Made by a program: the position numbers and the translations under genes
In this document: positions 32,201 through 42,558 of the stretch, in pieces
Position numbering within the stretch: position 1 is the stretch's first letter
How the letters are laid out: every line of letters starts with the position of its first letter
Notes under the pieces: model-generated
The model's database searches: none
Told to the model about the DNA's origin: nothing
What the model saw: only the letters and a program-made list of their open reading frames with translations
NCBI RefSeq assembly: GCF_964204645.1
Contig: NC_134026.1
Location: 11,679,950 to 11,743,949 of the forward strand
Source of the DNA: Tubulanus polymorphus
Taxonomy: Eukaryota; Animalia; Nemertea
DNA: 64,000 nucleotides
Reading direction: 5' to 3'

Positions 32201-35099
32201 TTATTAGGAAAAAAAATTACTTGTGGTGATGAGTAAAAAAAAAAAAATTACTTGTGGTGATGAGTGGTGTCTAGTACTCTCGTACTCTGGCCTGAAAGCC
32301 TACTTTCCCAATTACTTGTGGGCTATCATGTGTGGTGGATGCCTTTTACAATTTTTTCGTTTTTTGGCCTACAGGGGGCGTTAAAGTCAGACATTTTGAA
32401 ATTAAAACATCTTCATTTTCATTCGTCAAGGAAATACACTTTAAACTACTTTTGCTAAATAATTCGAATATCTCATCTTAGGTTTGGAGTAATTTTACAA
32501 TCTAAACCTTTTCTGAGTTGGGGGATTGCAGTGCATATAGCGCAACGTTAATTTTATGCATACATTCATTTGTTACCTAGTTACAGCAGCAACAATCGTG
32601 TAATATTCACTTGAAAATAGCAATTTCATATGAAATATTCATTTTAAAGGTTATTAGCTCAAATAGTGATGTTGTTAATGTTTTTTTGTTGATTATTTTG
32701 ATATTTCTTTAAACTTACTTATAACTCGTATGTACTTGGTCAATATCGGGATTAACTGTTTATTGGTTTCTATGGTAACAGCAATTCAAATCTGCGTTCT
32801 TCATCCGTCAGGTACCGGTATTTTGGGCGTTGGGTCTTTCGTGACAGACAGACAATAGTTTCTAAATCATAAGCGAAATGACGCAGTTGAGGCGGTAGGG
32901 TTTGAATAATTTGCTCGATCTCTAGAAAACCTTTAATTATACAGCGTAAGCTGCTTGCACTAATTCCTTTGTCTTTTTGTCTAAAGTCATGTTAAATTTG
33001 TGAGGCCCAGTAAAGTTCCAGGTTCTTCACTGACTGATAGTCGGTGGACCTGTGTTTAAATCTGCAGACTTAGGCCTGTACATGGGTTACCATTGTTGCA
33101 ATTCAATTGTTAGCAAGACGTAGTAATAAGCGGCCCAATACATGGCCGAAGACTTTAGGCAAGTTTGAGAACATTTGGAATGTCACGAAAGACCCAACGC
33201 CCAAAATACCGGTAGGCCTCTGACGGCGGATGAAGAACGCAGATTTGAATTGCTGTTACCATAGAAACCAATAAACAGTTAATCCCGATATTGACCAAGT
33301 ACATACGAGTTATAAGTAAGTTTAAAGAAATATCAAAATGATCAACAAAAAACATTAACAACATCACTATTTGAGCTAATAACCTTTAAAATGAATATTT
33401 CATATGAAATTGCTATTTTCAAGTGAATATTACACGATTGTTGCTGCTGTAACTAGGTAACAAATGAATGTATGCATAAAATTAACGTTGCGCTATATGC
33501 ACTGCAATCCCCCAACTCAGAAAAGGTTTAGATTGTAAAATTACTCCAAACCTAAGATGAGATATTCGAATTATTTAGCAAAAGTAGTTTAAAGTGTATT
33601 TCCTTGACGAATGAAAATGAAGATGTTTTAATTTCAAAATGTCTGACTTTAACGCCCCCTGTAGGCCAAAAAACGAAAAAATTGTAAAAGGCATCCACCA
33701 CACATGATAGCCCACATACTCTGCTATCAAATGAGCCCGGATGCCAAGCTGTAACAAAAAATGCCGTGATCGTCGAATTTTCCATGATTGGCTGGCTGAC
33801 TATAGTGGGTTCGAATCCCTTGACGGGTGAAGATGAGCTGTAGACCAGTACTGAGCGGCGGTATATTATCTGGCGCAGCCGTTGTGAGAAAATCTGGCCC
33901 GGAGAGCCAGTCGGTTACTGTGCCCGGCCTATTCGGTTACATTAGTACCGCCAGCGTTACTGGCGATTGTTAAAGTAGGCAGTGGACTTGTTGTTTACTA
34001 CATTTACATTACCCACTTAACTTAGAGCAACGCGTGACATCACGTATTATGACCTAGATTTTACGCTTACGAACTAGACTTTAGGATCTAACTTCAACAG
34101 CGGAATGTTCGATATCAATAAAGGTAATTTGTTTTTGAATTTGTTGTCTTTGACCCAAAGATCGCGGCTCGAAAAAATAAAGTGTGAATTGAATTGGTGG
34201 TGTTTATGCAGGGAAAAGCCAATTATCCGAGGCTGAGGCTGTGCATTGCAGATGTAAGTATAATCAACGAATTACAGCAAGGTTTGGTGCCCTCATTCAA
34301 AAATCGGGCACGGCAAGAACCACAGGGACTTATCACAATTGATATAGTTAGTTACCTAATCGTTGGTGGTTAAGTTTTTTAATCGGATCGGATGGGCTTA
34401 TACCACCAACGTTTACTTTAGGGATGACAAGGAAGGGCCAAAGGCAAAACACGGTTGAAAAAAGTAACACTTCAAAAATATACTTTCTATTCACTTCAGT
34501 CCACAATTAATGGCTTAAATCACAAACTAACACAGGTACCTTTCGAAGTAATCCAATTTGGAAGTTGCCGCGCATGCGCAGTAGTTTCCGCCGCATCATT
34601 ACGGTCACAGGCAAAAGCGAAGCCGTTTCATCCCTTGTTATTTTAATATAGTAAGGTGTCGCGCCCGCTGATACTATTACTGATCCTTAACAGCCAATTG
34701 TTTATCGAAACTCTATAGTGGATAAATAAACAACATCAACAAGAGGTATTTCTGTGATATTTTGAATTTATTTGCAGTTTAAATTTAGCACCATTCTCGC
34801 GAGATTATCAACAACCCGGAAGTAAAATCCAAGCCAGTTTACAAGCCCCTGTGCTTTCATACCCCCTCCCAAAATTTTTTATTTCTGTTTATTATTAATC
34901 AGGGAGGTCTGTAGTCAGTAACCTATGCATGATAGACTATGTGACCTATAAGGATTTATATGCCTAAAACTTTCAAGACGAAACGACAATTTTTTTTTTG
35001 GATAGTTTTCCAACTTATATTTCAAATCTTCGTGTTTTCCACAATAAATGATGAAAAATAAATTCTGATTGAAGAAAATGTGAATAAGTGTTGATTTCT

Positions 35100-35482
35100 T
35101 AATTTTTTCAATTTTGTCGTTTCGTTTCGTTAGTTTGTGTTGTGGTCCTGGCCTCAGTCCACAGGTGCCAGCACCCTCCACACGTTTTCAAAAAGGCCGC
35201 CGTCGAATCGACGGAAATTTACTCTCACTTTACGGCCGATTTGCACATGGATTAAGATCGTCAGGTGAGGTTTGATGGGGATCAAACAAACTACGAATCT
35301 GTTGTGCGTTGATTACAACAAAAATTAGACGGATATCTTAAGAGACAATGAAATGCTAGGCAAATAACTCGTGAGTCAAATTAACTCACGAAAATTTCAT
35401 TGAAAAATGACCTTCCCATTCCTGACTGTGGTTTGTGAAGATATCCGATCGTGAAACTAAACCACAGTCAGGTTACTGACTA
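35100..35482 (+). repeat. Dispersed repeat, diverged copy at about 48995-49373
   Basis: Shared CCTGGCCTCAGTCCACAGGTGCCAGCAC...GGTTACTGACTA. Confidence 0.8.
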
Positions 35483-36706
35483 CAATTGATAGTGAATGAA
35501 TATAACCAGTATCAGTGACCAACCCCAGTATCCCTCCTGTATAATAAAAATCAAGGGTGGCAACTACTAATCATCAATCTGAAAATAACCTCTCCACTTC
35601 AATCGACTGTAATTCCAAAAATCCTCAACCGATTCACATAAAATTAGCTTTAATACAAACTAGAAGACTTTTTGCTTCCAACGAGCCTATAACGATCACT
35701 GTAGGCCTACGACAAATATCTCACAACGAAATTGGCGTTTATTTACCGGAGATAGCTCAAAATGGAGGTGTACAGATTCTATGGTGGACAGCAAAATGGC
35801 AATTTTATTTCTGGGTTGTTGATAATCTCGCAAGAATGGCGCTAAATATGAACTGCGAATAAATTCAAAATATCACAGAAATACCTTGCGTTTATATTGT
35901 TTATCTATCCGCTATAAATTTCTGATAAAAAAAATGGTCGTTAAGGATCATTATCAGACGGTCGTGATGGTCTATATAAAATCACAAGGGATGAAACGCC
36001 AGGCCTCCGCTGTACTTAAATTGTCAGCCAGAAAGTTGGGACAGTCACGTGACATTCTGATGATGTCATCACATTTAAAACTTTAACATGAAAAGTTAAC
36101 ATATTCACAGATGGATATCAATTGTCAGATTATGATTCATATGAAATTAATAACTCATAAAGAATAAATTATGATCAAATATACAATTCATAGACAAAAA
36201 ATGCATTTGAATGTAAGTTATTCTCAAATATTTGTCGTATCATAGTTTCCATCTTAGATGTTTCAGGTTCACATTCACTCAAATAAGAAGCGTTAAGGTC
36301 ACGTGACTGTCCCAACTTTCTGGCTGGCACGACTTGAAGGCGTTTCACCCCTTGTGATTTTATATAGTAACGTGTTGCGACCATCTGATGATGATCCTTA
36401 ACGACCAATTGTTTATCGGAACTTTATAGCGGATCAATAAACAATATAAACAACAGGTATTTCCATGATATTTTGAATTTATTCGCAGTTCATATTTAGT
36501 GCCATTCTCGCGAGATTATCAACAACCCGGAAAGAAAACCCGAGCCCATCGCCAAATCCCTGTGGTTTTTTCACTTGAAACAATATTTTCTATGTGAAAT
36601 TTTTAGAGATAACCCTAACAAACTTATTTCTTATCAATGTTTTTTGATTTTTTTATGTTCTTCATTGATTTTTTTCCAATAAAGATGTTGTGAATTTGAC
36701 TTTGAT

Positions 36707-39067
36707 TTGAATTTGCTGTTTCCTTCCTCATTTTCGTATTTTGAGCTACTAAGCTATATCAAATCCAGGACTGCTAAAAGTAAAGTCAAGTTCCTTCAGG
36801 AGTGTTATGCCGAAAAAGTGGTTCCGCGATCACTTTCTTGGATTTGGAAATACGACTCCAGCTCTGCGTTTCCACCCGAAGCTAACAAGCAACTCAAATT
36901 CGCTATAGATCGTGCTAAGGAAGACTGTAACTATCAGTTCTATAAATTCCGTCAATCTCAAAATTATTTGAAGTCACACGTACCGGACCTATTCCTCTGG
37001 GAATCGTTCTCCACTATTGTTCAAGGCTCTGGAAAATATCATCAGCACAGAAAGTCCGTGGATCTTACCAACCAACTGAATAAACTCATTGATTCCAGCC
37101 CTTGGACTAGATTTAGCAACACCGAAAACATAGTAAATTTGTCTTCAACCACGTTATCTTCTACTCAGTGTCAACTTCTCGGCTACGGTTTGAATTTTTC
37201 TCTTCCTCATCAAGATAAACATGTTTTAGACTTTGTCACCCAATTGGAATATCGCAAATCATCTCCGAACAGTTTGGACTATAACTTTATATTCATGAAT
37301 CTACAGGCTATATGCGATCAACTCAACAGGAACCTTTTTGAATATCTACCTCGTCGATTTCGGCTCGCCCTCCAAGAACTACGGAAGTTAAAGACTATTA
37401 AAATATCTAAGGCTGATAAAGGTGGCAAGATTGTGATTTTAGATCTGGATAATAATAATGTTAAAATGCAATCTCTCTTGGATAATCCTGGTGTTTATAA
37501 GAAACTTAAATCGAATCCTCTTCCTCGTATGCAAGCTAATTTCAACAGAAGTCTTTCGGATATTATTAAACGTTTCCCCTCCGCTAAAGAAACTCTGAAT
37601 AAGTTCCATTCACGTCTTCCCTCTTTACCATATATCTATGGTTTGCCTAAAATTCATAAAGATAATGTTCCACTGCGCCCTATAGTCTCCAATTGTAATT
37701 CTCCTACATACCGGTTATCTAAATTTCTCGCGAAACAGTTATCTCCGGTGCTCGGTTCGTTCTCTCCGTCGCACCTTCGCCATAATCAACACTTACTTGA
37801 ACGTATTAAGAATATTATCCCTGGCAACGACAAATTTATATCATTTGATGTTACTTCCCTTTTTACCAATGTTCCTCTTGGACCTACTCTTGATTTCTTA
37901 AAACGCAGATTACCATCACTTAACATTAACTTCGGCATTCCTACGGATTGTATCATCGACCTTATCTCTATTTGTACGACGGACTCCTTTTTTGAATTCA
38001 ACAATTGTTTTTACGAGCAGACATTCGGTATCGCTATGGGAAATCCTCTAAGTCCTATTCTAGCTAATTTATTCCTAGAACATGTTGAATCTGAAATATT
38101 GCCTCTTTACACTGATATTCACCCTAAAATCTGGCTCAGATATGTTGACGATGTTCTGGCTTTGGTTCCCTTTGACTTCAATGTAGATAACTTTCTTATA
38201 TATTTAAACTCCCTTTACCCGTCTCTGGCTTTTACGTATGAATGGGAATCTAATAGTAAAATACCTTTTCTGGATGTTTTGATTTTTAACTGTGGATCCT
38301 TTTTGAAATTCGCGGTTTATAGGAAACCTACCAACGCTGAATCCTACCTCCATTACTTCTCTTTTACTTCTCCGGATATTAAACTCGGTTTAGCTCAAGG
38401 ATTATTTCTTCGCGCTTTGAGAATTTGCGACCCCTCATTTCTACCCGATGAAATTCACCATATTAACCAATCTCTCAAAAAACTTGCCTACCCCGATTTC
38501 CTATTGAAAAAAGCTCTACTTAAAGCTCGTACTACGCATTTTAGAAATAACAACCTTAGAACTCCTACGTTGGCTACCGATAAACAGCCTATCATTGTAC
38601 CGTATGTACCTTTCCTCGAGAATTCTAAAGTTTCTCTTCGGTCACTAAATAAACAACTCATCTTTAAATACAATAATAAACTTAGTAACATATTGATTAA
38701 CAACAAACCGAAAACCGAATCCCTAAACTGTGGAATTTATAAAATACCTTGTAAAGTTTGCGACAAAGTATATATAGGAGAAACAGGTCGGAATCTTAAT
38801 CAACGCATAAAAGAGCATAAATTAGATGTAAAAAACTTTAAACCTGAAAGCGGAGTTGCTAGTCATGTTTTTCAGACTTCACACAATTTTGATTTTGCTA
38901 ATGCTGAATTAGTTTACCCTTGCAGCGATAAAACTAGAAGACATATTTTGGAATCTGCATTAATTATTGAAAATTCGAACAACGTTGTAAACCTTAACAA
39001 TGGTTTTTCACCCCATAATAAACTTATATCAAAATTCCTCTGTAAACTGGTTAAACTCAACACTTGA
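36707..39067 (+). CDS. Penelope-like element RT plus GIY-YIG endonuclease
   Basis: KADKG, YGLPKIHK, SFDVTSLFTNV, GIAMGNPLSP, RYVDD; GIYKIPCKVCDKVYIGETGR; true start uncertain. Confidence 0.95.
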   Translation: MNLLFPSSFSYFELLSYIKSRTAKSKVKFLQECYAEKVVPRSLSWIWKYDSSSAFPPEANKQLKFAIDRAKEDCNYQFYKFRQSQNYLKSHVPDLFLWESFSTIVQGSGKYHQHRKSVDLTNQLNKLIDSSPWTRFSNTENIVNLSSTTLSSTQCQLLGYGLNFSLPHQDKHVLDFVTQLEYRKSSPNSLDYNFIFMNLQAICDQLNRNLFEYLPRRFRLALQELRKLKTIKISKADKGGKIVILDLDNNNVKMQSLLDNPGVYKKLKSNPLPRMQANFNRSLSDIIKRFPSAKETLNKFHSRLPSLPYIYGLPKIHKDNVPLRPIVSNCNSPTYRLSKFLAKQLSPVLGSFSPSHLRHNQHLLERIKNIIPGNDKFISFDVTSLFTNVPLGPTLDFLKRRLPSLNINFGIPTDCIIDLISICTTDSFFEFNNCFYEQTFGIAMGNPLSPILANLFLEHVESEILPLYTDIHPKIWLRYVDDVLALVPFDFNVDNFLIYLNSLYPSLAFTYEWESNSKIPFLDVLIFNCGSFLKFAVYRKPTNAESYLHYFSFTSPDIKLGLAQGLFLRALRICDPSFLPDEIHHINQSLKKLAYPDFLLKKALLKARTTHFRNNNLRTPTLATDKQPIIVPYVPFLENSKVSLRSLNKQLIFKYNNKLSNILINNKPKTESLNCGIYKIPCKVCDKVYIGETGRNLNQRIKEHKLDVKNFKPESGVASHVFQTSHNFDFANAELVYPCSDKTRRHILESALIIENSNNVVNLNNGFSPHNKLISKFLCKLVKLNT

Positions 39068-39371
39068 TTTCCCCTTTGATTATTTGTTATTTGTTCTCTC
39101 ATCAATTTCGTCTCTGACTTAACTTGTATTCACCTTTGTTTTAAGTGCCCCCTAGTTTGTCTTTCTTTTTACTACTGACTTTAAGTTTCATTTATATTTA
39201 TACTCACTATTGTTGTTTATAATCACCCCTTAGTTTGCTTCCCTTTAATCTATTTTAGCGTGTAACTGTTTCTACGTTAATTTTCCTTTAGTTTGTATCA
39301 TCTCTGATTACTTGAATTAGTCTCTTTGTCCCTGGATTGTATATATATCTCATAATTTCTGTAGTATCTCA

Positions 39372-39417
39372 TTATTCCTGAAGATGACTATTAGGATATA
39401 GTCGAAACGTTGAATAA
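39372..39417 (+). ncRNA. Minimal type I hammerhead ribozyme of the Penelope element
   Basis: Stem I TTATTC/GAATAA; core CTGAAGA; stem II GACTAT/ATAGTC; GAAA; palindromic stem III AACGTT; GUU cleavage triplet. Confidence 0.85.
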
Positions 39418-42112
39418 ACTACTATCTCGAAGTTTCATTTTCGGACTTTTTATTATCATTGTGGGATTCTCTCCTCATCGCGTCAACACGGATATTGTGT
39501 TTTACCTATCGTGAGTAAGCTCTGTAACTGCATGGATTATACAAATAAATGATACAGCTGGAAAGGTATGACTGTCTCGTTTCAGAATATGTATGGTTTG
39601 TTTGGGTTATCTCACATAGAGATCTCACATAGAAATCATTGTTAGAAGTGAATAAGCTGCCATTTTTGCTGTCTACCATAGAATCTGTACACCTCCATTT
39701 TGAGCTTTCTCCCATAAATAAACGCCAATTTCGTTGTGAGATATTTGTCGTACAGTGATCGTTATAGGCTCGTTGGAAGCAGAAAGTCTTCTAGTTTGTA
39801 TTAAAGCTAATTTCATGTGAATCGGTTAAGGAATTACAGTCGATTGAAGTGGAGAGGTCATTTTCAGATCGATGATTAGTTGCCACCCTTGTTTTTTTAT
39901 ACAGGGATACTGGGGTTGGTCATTGATACTGGTTATATTCATTCACTATCAATTGTGACAAGTCCCTGTGGCAATAACTGCCAAAATTCATGAAGAAAAG
40001 TTGAGCAGAAATGTTGCGACTGAAAAACGGCCTACTAACTTTTAGGGTTTTCAAGTGAAAATTTTCCAAACACTATAGAAACAATTTAAAAGGCCTAAAT
40101 GAAAGATTAATATAGGGTTTAATATAAGATCATAGCAACGTGTAACTGCAGTTTGGGTCACCTATCCACTGGGTGGCGCTAGTGTTAGTAAAGAATAGTG
40201 TTATGGTAAGGTTAGGTACATAACCATTAGGGACACCTAACCTGCTATCATACCCATAGCAATTTACAGAACTAAAATCGGTCAAGCTGTTCAAAAGTTA
40301 TGAAGGAATTTGTCGGCTGAAAAACGCACTTCTCAGCCATGGTGTCTGCATTAGGAAATGAACTAAAGGTCATAAGGTCAAATGGTGACCAAATGTTGAT
40401 CAATTTCTTAGTTAAGTAACAATTGAAAGTAGAAAAGAAACTTGTATATCTTTAGGAATTGTCCTGAGGACTTGTATATAATAATAATAATAATAAATAT
40501 TATTGATTATTAATATTAATAATTATGATAATTTATTAATTAAGCCAATTAAGGGTAATTAGCTTAATTAATTGGCTGGTTGCCAGATCCAGGCATTTAT
40601 CTGCTAAAAACAGAGGATAAATGTTTACTATTTTGTGTTACCACTTTACAGGGATAAATATATCCGACCATAATAAATCGCAGATATCGCAACATATAAA
40701 AAATCGGTTGCCATGGTAACCACTATAGCAACAATTGATCCCTTGGATCAAAGTGGTTGCCGGCGCTCAGAAAGTATTTCACACCCAAAAACGCATCATG
40801 ATTGGTATCAAACTGACAGTATTTACTCCAGCTTCCTCTATTTGATCAGGATTCATGCATTCAGTTGATTGGTAAGAAAATATTAGTGATCAAGTTACAA
40901 CTCGAATTTCAAATTTAGGCCAAGTCGCGTTAGGCCTAAAGGATCATCGTAGCTTAAGAAGATCCAGAAAGAACCTTTATGGTATATAAAGTACTTGAAG
41001 AAGGGTCTATTAATTGAAACTTTTATCTTTAGCAGGTGACACTAAAGAACTATGATGAGGATGATCAAAATAAGCTTCAATACAGATAAGTTAATGGAAT
41101 TGTGGATTGAGAATTTGATATGAACAATAAAATACAGCAATTATAAATTTTTTGGCGGCCAAAGAGTCCATGATAATTGACTTAGAGTCAGCTTTGGCCG
41201 TTTCAATTTTAGCTTATCATTAATTTGAAAAACATAAATAAATGATTTTTTAATGAATAAATATTGTATTTTCAGTTTAGTTTTTATAGGGACATTTTTT
41301 TTGGGGAGAGGCAGGGGGTTCATCTAGCTGATCTTTCAGTGTGATTGATGAGGTAGGCCTGAGGCTTTCAGAATGACACACGGGATTTCTTGAGCTTTAT
41401 CGGCGACATCATCCCCAAAACTGCTTAAAATAAAATAATTATCATAAATTTCATTGTTCCTGAGAGAAAATGACTTGAAACAACTTAAAACTAGCGTAAA
41501 CAGCTGATTTACAGATGTAAACAAACGCTTACGCGAACCCGGAAGTGAATGAAAATGCCCGGATGTAGCAATTTTTTTTATACTTCCCAACTTTACCCCA
41601 AATGTCGAGAGCGATGTCTTAACGAATCAAACTAAATCAAATCAAACCTTTTGCAATATACACTAAAACTACTCTATTTTCCCACCTGGAGGAGAATCAA
41701 TTTCTAAATTTCACGATTTGATGAAATATATTGCGTTAAAATCTTTAAATGTCACAAAATCGGTAAAATTGCCGGTACAAACAAGTACGGCATACCTGGA
41801 TGTAAATCAAGAACTTTTGAAAACACCTGTGAAGGTTTCGTGATCCCCAGTCCCGCCCCTTTTCTGCGCGATCGCCTAGAAGATGGGCATCTCAAAACTG
41901 CATTTTTCGAAATCCGCGGTGAAGAGTATACACGCACTTGTCAATCAACAATCTAAAGTTGGCTGGAATCCAACAGCTTGTAACTCACGGACTACGCCAC
42001 TATGGCCGGTTTTGATCACATGATCTGAAAACCCTAACTAACTACGTCATGACCGTGATGACATAAGCAGTCAGGAACACTTTCCGAAAACGAAGTGGAT
42101 GTTTAACCATAA

Positions 42113-42545
42113 ACGGCAAAGCATTTACTTCCGCTATTTTACCGTACATTATTACTATATATATAAAATATTAACTATAAAAAGTAAAAATAAAATCATT
42201 ATATTCGGTTTAGGGTTAGGGTTTCGATAGGGTTAGTGTCGAGAGGGTGAGAAGAGGGTCCAGAGGGTTCCGTTTTACCCTTAGGGATAGGATTAGGGTA
42301 AGGTAAGGTACTAAAGCTAGTTAAAACATTCGGTTGGTTGTCAGTGAGCTCGGTGGTCTAGTGGTATGACACTGCACTAGTAAGCCCTGGCCCGGGTTCG
42401 AGTCTCGGTCTAACCGCTCTATTTTCTCTACTCCGTTCTCCACACTTTCCTCGAATTTCGCGCACCTCTGTGCGCATGCGCGGCGTAAATCAGCCAATCA
42501 GCGACGATGTACGGTAAAATAGCGGAAATAAATACTCGACCGTAT
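42113..42545. mobile_element. MITE-like element containing degenerate TTAGGG repeats and a tRNA-like segment
   Basis: Inverted repeats TTCCGCTATTTTACCGTACAT and ATGTACGGTAAAATAGCGGAA; GGGTTAG-like units about 42207-42305; A box TGGTCTAGTGG and B box GGTTCGAGTC about 42354-42404. Confidence 0.6.
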
Positions 42546-42558
42546 ACTGTAAAATATC

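Larger units (their letters stand above)
18296..32316 (-). mobile_element. Polinton/Maverick-type endogenous DNA virus (14,021 bp)
   Basis: AGTAATTGGG...CCCAATTACT TIRs (about 95 bp); 6-bp TSD TGTGGG (18290-18295 and 32317-32322); encodes pPolB, rve integrase, A32-like ATPase and a putative capsid protein. Confidence 0.96.
18193..33802. mobile_element. Non-autonomous foldback DNA transposon (Academ-like), interrupted by the Polinton
   Basis: About 620-bp inverted arms (18193-18295 plus 32323-32845 versus 33181-33802); TAGTCAGCCAGCCAA termini; TAG TSD. Confidence 0.8.
34321..39970. mobile_element. Composite non-autonomous TIR element (P-superfamily-like) hosting the Penelope insertion
   Basis: TIR CACAGGGACTT(A/G)TCACAATTGATA at both ends; flanks GCAAGAAC and GCAATAAC (8-bp TSD with one mismatch); internal inverted repeats (about 35484-35800 versus 39657-39955; about 35805-36050 versus 36298-36540). 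Confidence 0.6.

Noticed and set aside
42346-42415. Functional tRNA gene
   Set aside because: A and B boxes are present but acceptor and anticodon stems do not pair convincingly; it lies inside a repeat
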